Of a stretch of DNA of 64,000 bases, positions 26,686 to 36,517 are shown piece by piece. Numbering within the stretch: the first letter of the stretch is position 1; each line of letters starts with the position of its first letter. The DNA lies in contig JAJRZK010000012.1 in the NCBI GenBank assembly GCA_024275315.1, positions 1,869 to 65,868 of the forward strand. Direction: 5' to 3'. This DNA comes from Nitrospirota bacterium (GTDB lineage Bacteria; Nitrospinota_A; UBA7883). The position numbers and the translations under genes were made by a program. The notes under the pieces were generated by a model, which ran no database searches, had not been told where the DNA came from, and worked only from the letters and a program-made list of their open reading frames with translations.

Positions 26686-27084
26686 GTGGCAACGAAGGTT
26701 CTGATAATTGACGACTCGATGATGATGCGTAAAATCATCAAGGATATCGTGACTAGCGATCCTGATCTGGTCGTCGTAGGCGACGCCAGCAACGGTGAGC
26801 AGGGCCTGCAAAAGACGAAAGAGCTCCAACCCGACGTTGTTCTGCTTGACATAGAGATGCCGGTTATGGACGGGATCGAGTTTATGAAAATGTTCAAGCT
26901 GGTCAGTAGCGCCAAGGTGATTGTGTTGTCCAAGCTTGCGCAGGCGGGGGCGCAAACCTCGTTTGACGCGCGCCGGCTTGGGGCTGTGGATGTCATCGCA
27001 AAACCCTCGGGAGCCGTCAGCCTCGACCTGGAAAACAAGAAAGCTCACGAAATAGTCAACGCTATCCGCAAGGCGGTCGCCTGA
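26686..27084 (+). CDS. stand-alone receiver protein, CheB-N-terminal type (paralog of 26066..26467)
   Basis: GTG 26686 preceded by AGGAGA (26675-26680). The product (V)ATKVLIIDDSMMMRKIIKDIV...DVVLLDIEMPVMDGIEFM...AVDVIAKP is roughly two-thirds identical to the upstream paralog by eye. Confidence 0.8.
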   Translation: MATKVLIIDDSMMMRKIIKDIVTSDPDLVVVGDASNGEQGLQKTKELQPDVVLLDIEMPVMDGIEFMKMFKLVSSAKVIVLSKLAQAGAQTSFDARRLGAVDVIAKPSGAVSLDLENKKAHEIVNAIRKAVA

Positions 27085-27176
27085 GCGGCTGGCATGAATC
27101 ATGATCCTGTTCGTGGCCATGAGGAGCGAAACACGCAGAGCCGCCGAATCCACCCGTAAACATTTCCGGTCGTTTC

Positions 27177-28739
27177 ATGGATGATCTTGTTGACAAACTC
27201 TGGATTCATTTTGCAGAGGAAACCCGGAGCCACCTGTCCAACCTTGAATCCCTGCTCGCCGATCCCGCCGCCGACACAGAAAACATCAACCAGCTTTTTC
27301 GCGGTATGCACTCTGTCAAGGGGCTGGCCAGGGCCATGGATATGCGGTCGATGGAGGATATCGCGTATGGCTGCGAAAATATCCTCGGACTGATAAGGGA
27401 AGGCAAGGCCGGGCTTGAAACTTCGATCGTGGAACTGCTTGCAAGCGCGGTGACGGAGCTCAAACGGCTGAGGGAAATAGCCGTCAGCCAACACGAAAAC
27501 TCCGCGCCTGAGCATGATCTGCTGGAGCGTATCGCTAGGGAGTTTGTCGCGATGGCGGGCCAGGTCGAAGAGCCGGAAGAAAAGGAACCCGAAAACAGGC
27601 GTAAACGAAAAAGGCGTATTCACGATGACCAGGGCCTGCTCGATTTTTTCGCTTCGATAACCAAGGATTATATACCCGTGCTGACAAACGTGCTCGACCC
27701 AGGCTACGAAGGGAACGGGCGGGAGGCCGACAGAATATCGGGGGCGCTCCATGGGATGCAACAGGCGAGCGAGGGGATCTCGTTTTTCAGAATGATGGAA
27801 AATGTAGGGCGGATGGAAGAGGTCATTCCCTCGTCCGGGCCGTTGGACCAGGATTCGAAAACAAAGCTGGTCAACCTATTTATAGAGCTGAAATCGATGA
27901 TCAACCATATCGAGACCGAGGGAGAGGTGGACGCGGGAAGCGGGGATTTCTCCCCCGTGGTGGAGAGCATGGTTCGAGACATGCTGGACGAAAAATTCTA
28001 CGAGACGCTTGTGTTGCTCGATCATCTGGAAAAACAGGGGCAAGACGCGCATATGGAGGAGGGCAACCTGCTGGCTTGTGAAAGAATCTCCGTCTTGGCC
28101 AAATCGATCAAGGATTGCATGGGGTTCGTTCTGCCGGCCCCGGGCAGTTTTGTCATGCCTGTGCTGGAGGATGTCTATAACAGGATCGGCAGGGGCGAGC
28201 TTCCTGTCAACCGCGAGTTTATAGGGTTGTCCAGAGAAGCCGTGACGCTGGAGAAATCGCTGGCTGAAAGCCCCGATCCGAACAAGCTTAGCGACAGCGA
28301 GGAGACGATCAAAAACCTGCTGGAAAGAATAAACGAAAACATATTCCAGTTTGACCATCAACACAGCGTGAAGATTGAAGAGTCCATGGCCAGGGACCTG
28401 CTGTCCGAGGTTCATATCAAGCAGGAGCTCAGGGACGTGATCGCCCCGGAGAACATGAAAGACCTGTTAGAAGCGCTGGGCAAGGGATGGAACGTCTTCG
28501 AGATAACGACGCACCTCGAATCCTCCGAGGAGGTGGCGGTGGCTTTTTCCGACTGGGCGCAGAACCGGGCGAAGGTAATTACAAACAGGACGATGATTAT
28601 CGACGATGAAAGCTGGTTCGAGTTTTTGGTGGTGACCGAATCCCCGCCCGAAGTTGTCATAAAGGAAATTTCCGATATTGATCCGGAAGGGCTTCTTTTG
28701 CAGGCCCGCCAGTGCCCCAGAGCCGAAAGTTCCCGCTAG
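27177..28739 (+). CDS. HPt (histidine phosphotransfer) domain protein without kinase core
   Basis: The N-terminal CheA-P1-like HPt is F.EE...HL..LE..L.......INQLFRGMHSVKGLARAM. The remaining ~400 aa are unrecognised, with no H-box/N/G1/G2 kinase motifs. Confidence 0.7.
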   Translation: MDDLVDKLWIHFAEETRSHLSNLESLLADPAADTENINQLFRGMHSVKGLARAMDMRSMEDIAYGCENILGLIREGKAGLETSIVELLASAVTELKRLREIAVSQHENSAPEHDLLERIAREFVAMAGQVEEPEEKEPENRRKRKRRIHDDQGLLDFFASITKDYIPVLTNVLDPGYEGNGREADRISGALHGMQQASEGISFFRMMENVGRMEEVIPSSGPLDQDSKTKLVNLFIELKSMINHIETEGEVDAGSGDFSPVVESMVRDMLDEKFYETLVLLDHLEKQGQDAHMEEGNLLACERISVLAKSIKDCMGFVLPAPGSFVMPVLEDVYNRIGRGELPVNREFIGLSREAVTLEKSLAESPDPNKLSDSEETIKNLLERINENIFQFDHQHSVKIEESMARDLLSEVHIKQELRDVIAPENMKDLLEALGKGWNVFEITTHLESSEEVAVAFSDWAQNRAKVITNRTMIIDDESWFEFLVVTESPPEVVIKEISDIDPEGLLLQARQCPRAESSR

Positions 28740-29461
28740 CTGGCGTTTTGGCCGGTGAACTTTCCGGAGCCTGACGCGCTATAGACATATTCTATGGTAT
28801 AGCACGCCGGCGCTACGCCGCAGTAGTAGCTTTTTATCCTGAATTTGGCGTAACCACCGTCTGACGTACGCAACAGGTAGACGTTGTTTTTCGGTTTGAG
28901 CGTATGTCGCCAGAAGTCGTAAATGTACCACTTGTCGAGGACCGGGTTCATAGTTTCCGTCAAGTCGTCCGTAGCTTGATCTACGAGATATCCCTTCCCG
29001 GGAGCTTTTACGACTGAATCGATCGAAGCTCCTTCAATGGCCGCCACGGACACGGAACCATCTTTTGCCGTGGCTCCGCCGTTGGTGACTATTTTCGCCC
29101 TGTGAAACGCGATGTCCCAGTCGCGGGAATCCTTCGCGATTTTTTCCGACCGTGTCAGGCGACCGTCGGCGAACCTGAAATGGACCCACTCGTCGATTCT
29201 CGAAGAGTCTATGGTGTAAGCGATTTTGGGGCTCAATCCGCCGGTATAGTCAAACCCCTCCGGGTTTCGTTTCAGCGCCTCGTGTATGTCCGACACCGCC
29301 TGACGCTGGAGCTGTTCTTTTTTCTCATCGCTTTTCATGAGCGACGATCCCACCTCGAACAGGATAAACAACCCCAGCGCCGCGAGGTTGAATCCCAGGA
29401 AAAGCTTGATCCACAGGGGTCTGCCCCGGGGGTTGTCGCTGGTCTGGTCTTTGTCGGTCAC
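28736..29461 (-). CDS. membrane-anchored HmuY-like domain protein (hypothetical)
   Basis: N-terminal TM segment (WIKLFLGFNLAALGLFILF). The WDIAFHRAKIVTNGG motif resembles the HmuY-like family. Its stop overlaps the HPt gene stop in the palindrome CTAG (28736-28739). Confidence 0.45.
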   Translation of the reverse strand: MTDKDQTSDNPRGRPLWIKLFLGFNLAALGLFILFEVGSSLMKSDEKKEQLQRQAVSDIHEALKRNPEGFDYTGGLSPKIAYTIDSSRIDEWVHFRFADGRLTRSEKIAKDSRDWDIAFHRAKIVTNGGATAKDGSVSVAAIEGASIDSVVKAPGKGYLVDQATDDLTETMNPVLDKWYIYDFWRHTLKPKNNVYLLRTSDGGYAKFRIKSYYCGVAPACYTIEYVYSASGSGKFTGQNAS

Positions 29462-29523
29462 CTACAGCTCCGTGTAAAAAATCCCGCCATGCACGGGGGA
29501 GCCGGTATTGGCGCCAGAACCGG

Positions 29524-30474
29524 TCATTCATACAGCTCCGTCGCGTCGTCACGCATAAGCGACAGGAGTATCGCCTTTTGGACATGCAACCTGTTCTCCG
29601 CCTCGTCCCACACCACCGAGTTGGGGCCATCCAGCGTTTCGCCGGATATCTCCTCGTCCCGGTGGGCTGGCAGACAATGCATCACCATCACGTCCGGGTT
29701 GGCCACGGCGACAAGGGAGTTGTCCACGCAAAATCCCATAAAGTCCCTTTTACGTTGTTCGGCCTGGCTGTCCTGCCCCATGCTTATCCATGTGTCGGTG
29801 TATAACACGTCCGCGCCTCGGGCGACCTCCTCCGGGTCGTGACACAAAGATATTTCGGCGCCGGTGCTTTTGGCGATAGAACAAGCTTCGGCAATTACGC
29901 CGGAATCCGGCTCGTATCCTTTCGGCGTGGCCATGCCGATATCGATCCCCATTATAGACGCGCCTAACAGCCAGGAGTTGGCCACGTTGTTTCCGTCCCC
30001 GATATAGGCGACCTTGACACCTTCGAGGGTTCCCCGCTTTTCTACGATAGTGAAGATATCCGCCAGAATCTGGCACGGGTGGAACTTGTCGGTGAGCGCG
30101 TTTATCACGGGGATAGCCGCTTGTGTCGCAAGCTCCTCTACTTCGGCGTGATCGAAAGTCCTTATAACGAGCCCGTCGAGGTACCTGGAGAATATCCTGG
30201 CCGAATCCGCCACGGTTTCGCCTCTGCCCATTTGAAGTTGCTGGCCGGTAAGGAAAACAGGATGACCCCCAAGCTGGAACATCCCCACTTCAAAAGAAAT
30301 GCGGGTGCGTGTGGATGATTTGTTGAAGATCATGCCGAGCGATTTCCCCGCGAGATGATGGTGCGGTACGCCTTGCGAACGCTCCTGTTTCATTCGTCCC
30401 GCCGTCCGCAATATCCAGTCTACCTCGTCCCGGCCAAGGTCCTTGAGCCGGAGAAGGTCTTTTTTAGGCGCCAA
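29524..30474 (-). CDS. argF: ornithine carbamoyltransferase
   Basis: STRTR, HPCQ, DTWISMG and HCLPAHR motifs. Confidence 0.9.
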   Translation of the reverse strand: MAPKKDLLRLKDLGRDEVDWILRTAGRMKQERSQGVPHHHLAGKSLGMIFNKSSTRTRISFEVGMFQLGGHPVFLTGQQLQMGRGETVADSARIFSRYLDGLVIRTFDHAEVEELATQAAIPVINALTDKFHPCQILADIFTIVEKRGTLEGVKVAYIGDGNNVANSWLLGASIMGIDIGMATPKGYEPDSGVIAEACSIAKSTGAEISLCHDPEEVARGADVLYTDTWISMGQDSQAEQRKRDFMGFCVDNSLVAVANPDVMVMHCLPAHRDEEISGETLDGPNSVVWDEAENRLHVQKAILLSLMRDDATELYE

Positions 30475-31651
30475 GTAATTTGCCCAGTATGTTAAGCGCC
30501 TTGTCCACCTCCGCTCTGGTCACATTAAGCGGAGGAAGGAATCTCAGCGTGTTTTTGTTTGTACAGTTTACCAGCAACCCGCTTTTCGCGCATTTTTCCA
30601 CCAGGTACGAGCAGGGCACGGCCATCTCCACCCCGATCATAAGGCCAAGCCCGCGCACATGGTTTATCACGGGAGCGGCGCTTTTCATTCCGGTGAGCCT
30701 GATGATCATATACCGCCCCATGCTCCGGACGTTTTCAAGCAACTCCTCGCTGGACAGGGTCTGAAGCGCAACCAGGGCCCCGGCGCAGGCGGCGGGCGAT
30801 CCGCCGAACGTGGCGGCGTGGGTTCCGGGGGTGAAGCTTTTGGCGATTTCAGGCTTGGCGAACATGGCTCCCATGGGATACCCGTTGGCGATGGCCTTGG
30901 CCATGGTGATAATGTCCGGTTTTACCTTGAAATGCCGAAAGGCGAACAGAGCGCCCGTTCGGCCGAACCCGGTCTGCACTTCATCGAAAATCAGTAAAAT
31001 TTTCTTTGACGAGCAGAGCCTGGCCAGTTTTTGTACGAATGTTATCGTCGGCACATGGACCCCGCTTTCTCCCTGTACGGGTTCTATGATAACCGCGCAT
31101 GTTTTCTCGGTGATGGCTTTTTCCACCGCCTTAAGATCACCGTAAGGAACGTGTTTTACACCCGGGAGCATGCTCCCGAATCCTTCCCTGTATTTTTCGC
31201 CATGGGTGAGTGAAAGAGACCCCATCGTCCTGCCGTGAAAAGAGCCTTCAAAAGCTATGATCTCCCTGCAGGCTTTCCCCTTTTTCTCCATGGAGTAACG
31301 CCTGGCCAGCTTCAGCGCGGCCTCGTTGGCCTCTGTCCCGCTGTTGCAGAAGAAAACCTTGCCCTTGTAGATTTTCTCAACCAGGGCCTTGGCGTACAGC
31401 GCCTGGGGCTCTGTATAGTATAGGTTCGATGTGCGGCCCAGCCTGGACATCTGCTTGCTGATAGCCTTGTTTACAGGAGCGTAGCTGTGCCCCAGATTGT
31501 TCGCCGCCAGACCGTTGACAAAATCCAGATATTTCTTGCCGTCTGCGCTCCAGACCGAGGCTCCTTTGCCTTTTACAATGGCGATGCGGTGCCGATTATA
31601 GGTAGGGATAATGTATGTATTCGCCAAATCTATTATCTCTTTATCATTCAT
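30464..31651 (-). CDS. argD: acetylornithine aminotransferase
   Basis: Class-III aminotransferase: GTEANE, LIFDEVQTGFGRTG, and the PLP lysine context (TMAKAI). It overlaps argF by 11 nt. Confidence 0.9.
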   Translation of the reverse strand: MNDKEIIDLANTYIIPTYNRHRIAIVKGKGASVWSADGKKYLDFVNGLAANNLGHSYAPVNKAISKQMSRLGRTSNLYYTEPQALYAKALVEKIYKGKVFFCNSGTEANEAALKLARRYSMEKKGKACREIIAFEGSFHGRTMGSLSLTHGEKYREGFGSMLPGVKHVPYGDLKAVEKAITEKTCAVIIEPVQGESGVHVPTITFVQKLARLCSSKKILLIFDEVQTGFGRTGALFAFRHFKVKPDIITMAKAIANGYPMGAMFAKPEIAKSFTPGTHAATFGGSPAACAGALVALQTLSSEELLENVRSMGRYMIIRLTGMKSAAPVINHVRGLGLMIGVEMAVPCSYLVEKCAKSGLLVNCTNKNTLRFLPPLNVTRAEVDKALNILGKLLGA

Positions 31652-31870
31652 AAGGCTATCCTTGTCAATTAGGAAAAGACTGCAATTTTGCCCGGCAACT
31701 GCTTAATTATCTGTATCAAACACAATAAAACGCTAGATTTTAACCGTTATGCCTTTAAATTTCAATAAAAACCGACTTTCAGACCGTAAAACGGATAAAA
31801 GTGTGGCTGGAAAAGTGACACTTTTACGCCATGAACAATTGGAATCACTATTCAATTGCGCGGCGATAAT

Positions 31871-31898
31871 TCACCTGTAAACAACGGTTTACAGGTGA
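31871..31898. promoter_or_regulatory. perfect 12-bp stem hairpin (TCACCTGTAAAC-aacg-GTTTACAGGTGA)
   Basis: Read directly. It lies in the 329-nt spacer between the mtnA stop and the argD start. No clear U-tail on either strand. Confidence 0.35.
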
Positions 31899-31980
31899 TC
31901 TTCACACTGTGGCCGGTTGCAAAAATATTACCAGCCGTGTCTGGTCCCCTCCCGGCTGGTGGTGAGAACCTCTGGTAATG

Positions 31981-33027
31981 TTATCCGCTATCTTTCAGTT
32001 TTTTCATGGATTGCGGCAAGGGTGGATAGGCGACCCCCCTTTCGGTAATAACGCCGCTTATCAGATCGTTCGGTGTCACGTCAAAGGCGGGGTTGAAGAC
32101 GCCCACACCATCGGGCGCAATCTGGTGGACGCCCATGATATGGGTGACTTCCGCCGTGTCGCGCTCTTCTATGGGAATAAGGTCGCCCGATTCGAGCTCG
32201 AAGTCGATAGTGGACAAAGGAGCGGTGACATAGAACGGGATGTTGTGCCGTTTTGCCAGCACTGCCAGGGTATAGGTGCCGATCTTGTTGGCGGTGTCCC
32301 CGTTTGCGGCGATTCTGTCCGCGCCGACGACTATTTTGGTGATTTTTCCTGTTTTCATGCAATGTCCCGCCATATTGTCCGAGATCAGGGTGACAGGGAT
32401 ACCCTCTTTCATAAGCTCCCAGGCGGTAAGACGCGCCCCTTGCAACCATGGCCTGGTTTCGTCCGCGAACACCGATATTTTTTTGCCCTCCAGATGCGCG
32501 GCCTTTATCACCCCAAGGGCCGTGCCATACCCCCCGGCGGTGGCCAGCGCGCCTGCGTTGCAATGGGTCAGCACCGTGTCCCCGTCGTCCAGCAGGCTGG
32601 CGCCGTTTTCTCCCATGGTTTTGTTTATGACCAGGTCTTCTTCATACACCGCCACAGCTTCGGCCACCAGCTTGTCTTTGAGCGATTCCAGGGGCAGGTC
32701 ACTGTTCTCCATGGCGCAGTCCCGCATCCGTTGAATAGCCCAGAACAGGTTTACGGCGGTGGGCCTGGTGGACTCCAGTGTTTTAAGAGCCGTTTCGAAC
32801 TCCCTGAAAAAGGCGTCACGGTTGCTGGTTTCTATGTTTTTTGCGGCCAGCGCCGCGCCCATGGCGGCGGTGACGCCTATGGCCGGAGCGCCGCGCACCA
32901 CCATCCGCTTGATAGCCGAGGCGACTTGTTCGTATGTCGTAAATTCCGTGTATTCCTCATCCATGGGGAGCTTGCCCTGTTCGATCAACCTTACGGCGTC
33001 CCCTCTCCATTCAACAGTCTTGAACAC
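31981..33027 (-). CDS. mtnA: S-methyl-5-thioribose-1-phosphate isomerase
   Basis: 348 aa. RGAPAIG, THCNAG.LAT and [18 protein letters not shown]. Confidence 0.9.
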   Translation of the reverse strand: MFKTVEWRGDAVRLIEQGKLPMDEEYTEFTTYEQVASAIKRMVVRGAPAIGVTAAMGAALAAKNIETSNRDAFFREFETALKTLESTRPTAVNLFWAIQRMRDCAMENSDLPLESLKDKLVAEAVAVYEEDLVINKTMGENGASLLDDGDTVLTHCNAGALATAGGYGTALGVIKAAHLEGKKISVFADETRPWLQGARLTAWELMKEGIPVTLISDNMAGHCMKTGKITKIVVGADRIAANGDTANKIGTYTLAVLAKRHNIPFYVTAPLSTIDFELESGDLIPIEERDTAEVTHIMGVHQIAPDGVGVFNPAFDVTPNDLISGVITERGVAYPPLPQSMKKLKDSG

Positions 33028-33140
33028 TATTATTACCCATCATAAAAATTATTAACAACTCGCCATTCAACGATCCGCGCAAGCGTAAATTGGCATGGTG
33101 ACGACAACGGACATATTTTTGCGTGACATCGACACAACGG

Positions 33141-34271
33141 CTACTCCGGTCCGTAACACCTGTATGGATGGTCTATGGAGTAATCGGAAATCACCTCGTC
33201 ATAATCGTCGAGCCAATAAGCCTCCGGGTTGCTTTTGTACACCATGAACCTCGCCTTTTTCTGCGGGTCCGCGGCCCTGTGATACCTTATATAAACATGG
33301 TCGCTGGTTCTGCCCACGATCTCCAGTTTTCCCGTCGCGTGGGACATGACGAACCTGGCCCGTTTGGCGGTGCCGGAGCATAGCATCCTGGCCTGTTCGA
33401 AAATCTCGAAACCCTTTTCCAGCGGTATCGAAAACATCTTGTTTCCCATGGTGGGCCTGCACTGGAACAGGTAGTAGGGTGGAACGCCAATATACGCAAG
33501 CTCGTTGAAAAGCTCTCCGAGCACTCCCGGGTCGTCGTTTACGCCCTTGAGAAGAGGGGTCTGGTTCACCGTCACCACGCCGGCCTTCATCAGCGTCGTC
33601 ATGGCCTGCCGCGCTTGCCGTGTCAACTCTCTTGGATGATTGAAATGGGCCATCAGATATATTTTCCGGTCGTCGTCGCTATATTTACCGAGCATCTGCG
33701 TCAGACCCGGATCGTTTATTATCCTGTAGGGGTTGAACGCGGGTATCTTGCTGCCTATGCGAATGATCTTGACATGGTCGATACTGCGAAGCTCTCTTAT
33801 CACTTTTTCCAGCCTGTCGGTGGAGAGCAACAGGGGATCGCCGCCGGTAAGCAGGATGTTGTTGAGATTACTGTTCCGGCGGATATACTCCAGCCCCTCG
33901 GACACGTCGCGCGGCACTTCGTCGGCGGAGTTCATAAAAAGCCGCTTCCTGAAACAGAACCGGCAATATCCGCCGCAGACATCGTTGACCAGGAGCAGGG
34001 CGGTGTACGTATATTTATGTTGCAGCCCCTGCGCCATGGTGTAGGACTCCTCGTGTGAAGCGTCCAGGCGGCCTCCCTCATCCAGCTCTTCAACATCCGG
34101 GATGACAATCCTGCGAATGGGATCGGCCGGATCATCCCAATTTATCAACGAGTTGTAGTAATCATTAGTGCGGAACGCGAACTTGGCGCCGACGGGCGCC
34201 AGTTTTTCCCGCTCGGCTTGGGTCAACTCGTCGATCTTGTCGAGCTTTGTTATATATTTTTGCTTGTTCAA
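33141..34271 (-). CDS. KamA-family radical SAM aminomutase (lysine 2,3-aminomutase-like)
   Basis: CGGYCRFCFRK (CxxxCxxC), LTGGDPL, and HFNHPRE. Confidence 0.85.
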   Translation of the reverse strand: MNKQKYITKLDKIDELTQAEREKLAPVGAKFAFRTNDYYNSLINWDDPADPIRRIVIPDVEELDEGGRLDASHEESYTMAQGLQHKYTYTALLLVNDVCGGYCRFCFRKRLFMNSADEVPRDVSEGLEYIRRNSNLNNILLTGGDPLLLSTDRLEKVIRELRSIDHVKIIRIGSKIPAFNPYRIINDPGLTQMLGKYSDDDRKIYLMAHFNHPRELTRQARQAMTTLMKAGVVTVNQTPLLKGVNDDPGVLGELFNELAYIGVPPYYLFQCRPTMGNKMFSIPLEKGFEIFEQARMLCSGTAKRARFVMSHATGKLEIVGRTSDHVYIRYHRAADPQKKARFMVYKSNPEAYWLDDYDEVISDYSIDHPYRCYGPE

Positions 34272-34433
34272 TTCACCACCGGATAGAAAAGGAAGAATAT
34301 ACTATAGCCCACTATTGGTTTTGTGTGAAATAATCTTCTCACGGTAAATCGCGGCCGCGTGACAGACGCCGGGAAACCGGCCCCGTGATCGACTTGGCGA
34401 TCTGCGCTCTGCTACTTTCCGCCGTCGATGAGG

Positions 34434-36254
34434 TTAAACGTTTTGTTGTGCGGAGCCTGGTGACCCGGCGATATGCAGAGTTTCGGTGACCACATCGTCG
34501 TTCTTCGGAAACCCCTCGCACTCCAGAAAGATACGCTCCCCGCACCTGGCGCAGATGGACATGTCCAGACGCTCCGTAATCGATTTTATCGCCTCGACTT
34601 TCGAGCAAAAGATATTCTTTTTTCCGATCTTCTCCAGGTAGGAGCTGTTGCGCAAAATCCTGATCACCTCTTCTTTTACACCACAAAAGAAAAGGCCGCC
34701 CCCCTTCTCCTGTCGTCGTCTGGCTTCGTGCAACAGCGCCTGGGCCCCGGCCACGTCGATAAAATTGACACCGCTGCACACCATCAGCACGTTGATCTGG
34801 CCCGGGTCCTCCTCGTCGATTCGTTGTAAAACCTCATCGACGTGGTTGACCGACCCGAAATAGATGGACCCGTCGACCCGGATGATTTTAAGTTGTGGAC
34901 ATTCGGGCAGGTCCGGATCAGTGTAGAAGGGCCGCCCCGGCTGGGTGGGGTGGGGCACGCGGCTTACGATGCGCGGTTTCGAGGTTCGGTTCAGGTAGAG
35001 GGCCAGGGAAAGCATTATACCAACGTAGATGGCGAATTCCAGCTCCACGAAGAGAGTCGAAAGGAATGTCACGATCAGGACCGCGGCCTCGCTCTGGCTT
35101 GTTTTCAGTATCACCCTGATATGGTGGAGGTCGATCAGGTTGTACGCGACAAGCAACACGATCCCCCCCATGGCCGGAATGGGCAGATATGCCGCAAGTG
35201 GCGCCACCATCAGCAAAATAGCCGCCAGCGACCCCGCGGCGAATATGGCGGCCATGGGTGTTTTGGCGCCACTTTCGTAGTTCAGCCCGCTCCTGGTAAA
35301 CGAGCCGGAGGAAGAGTAGCATGAAACAAAGCTCCCCACCACGTTAGCCAGTCCCTGTCCGATAAACTCCTGGTTGCCGTCTATGCGCTGGCGTGATTTC
35401 GTGGCGATCGATCGGGCGATGGAGACCGCCTCTATGAGACCCAGCATCGCCACCGCCAGCGCTCCGGATGTCATCTCCCTTATGGCCGCTGCGGAAAAAT
35501 CGGGAACTGACAGGGGCGGAAGAGACGCAGGCAGCGACCCCACCAGCTTGATGTTATGAGCCTCGGCGCCGAAAACCGACGCCACAACACTGCCGGCTAA
35601 TATGCCCAAAAGCATTGCGGGCCATTTTTGTCTGAAACGCTTTATAACGATAGCCGTAACAAGCGTGATCATCGAGACAGCAAGGACCGCCGGGTTGGTC
35701 GCTCCCAAATTGCCGGCGATATCTATCCATGTGTGGACAAACGAAGCCCCGGAGGATACGGAGATCCCCAAAACGTGTTTGATCTGGCTTGTGGCTATCA
35801 GAATGGCCGCGCCAGCCGTGAAGCCTACTACTACGGAGTGGGATATGAAATTGACCAGGGTTCCCATCCTGGCGATCCCGAGACCCAGCTGAATCAGCCC
35901 GGAGAGAAAGGTAAGTGTGAACGCCAGCGATACAAACTCTGCGCTACCGGCTTGGGCGTACGGTGAAATAGTGCTGAAGACAACTATGGAAATGGCGGTT
36001 GTCGGGCCGGAGATAAGGTGGCGCGAGGAGCCGAACAGCCCGGCCATGATCGGGGGGACGATGGCGGTGTACAGGCCATAGACCGGAGGAAGACCGGCTA
36101 TCATGGCAAAAGCCACCCCTTGGGGCAAAACCACCACGGCGTTGGTCAGTCCTGCGAAAAAATCGGCCTTGATAGTCTCCCGGTTGACGCTGGGCATCCA
36201 CAAAAGGAAAGGCGCCCAGGCGCTGATGTGTTGTCTCTTTTTCAATATGGGCAT
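34434..36254 (-). CDS. SulP-family anion transporter with C-terminal STAS domain
   Basis: 606 aa. The N-terminus D..AG.T.A.V..PQ..A.A..AGLPP.YGLY, multiple TM segments, and a STAS-like C-terminus. Confidence 0.9.
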   Translation of the reverse strand: MPILKKRQHISAWAPFLLWMPSVNRETIKADFFAGLTNAVVVLPQGVAFAMIAGLPPVYGLYTAIVPPIMAGLFGSSRHLISGPTTAISIVVFSTISPYAQAGSAEFVSLAFTLTFLSGLIQLGLGIARMGTLVNFISHSVVVGFTAGAAILIATSQIKHVLGISVSSGASFVHTWIDIAGNLGATNPAVLAVSMITLVTAIVIKRFRQKWPAMLLGILAGSVVASVFGAEAHNIKLVGSLPASLPPLSVPDFSAAAIREMTSGALAVAMLGLIEAVSIARSIATKSRQRIDGNQEFIGQGLANVVGSFVSCYSSSGSFTRSGLNYESGAKTPMAAIFAAGSLAAILLMVAPLAAYLPIPAMGGIVLLVAYNLIDLHHIRVILKTSQSEAAVLIVTFLSTLFVELEFAIYVGIMLSLALYLNRTSKPRIVSRVPHPTQPGRPFYTDPDLPECPQLKIIRVDGSIYFGSVNHVDEVLQRIDEEDPGQINVLMVCSGVNFIDVAGAQALLHEARRRQEKGGGLFFCGVKEEVIRILRNSSYLEKIGKKNIFCSKVEAIKSITERLDMSICARCGERIFLECEGFPKNDDVVTETLHIAGSPGSAQQNV

Positions 36255-36517
36255 ATCGACGGATGGATAAGATACACACTCGCTGTTATTACTTCTGTCA
36301 TGGTCGCGCAGGCGGCCACGCCAACGCTACCGCATAAAGTTTATCACAACATCGTCCCGAATGTTGACAGCTATTTGCGCGCGAATCACCGCTTCGGTGA
36401 AATTCAGCGCCGGAAGATCGGCGCGAAAACTCCCGGCTTCAGATATTTCTCTATATGTTCAGATATTCCTCTATAATGTGTAAAATCAGTTATGCGTGTA
36501 ATTACTCGTGGAATGCA

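Noticed and set aside
27085-27110. Sigma54-type promoter (TGGCAT-N5-ATGAT) upstream of the HPt gene, attractive because a sigma54 activator is encoded nearby
   Set aside because: The -24 GG is present, but the -12 element lacks the conserved GC (TTGCW expected, ATGAT found). I found no better TGGCAC-N5-TTGC match upstream of the neighbouring genes.
31978-33045. 355-aa '+'-strand ORF
   Set aside because: It is exactly antisense to mtnA, whose product carries unmistakable MtnA motifs. The '+' product is G/R/V/H-rich with no motif.
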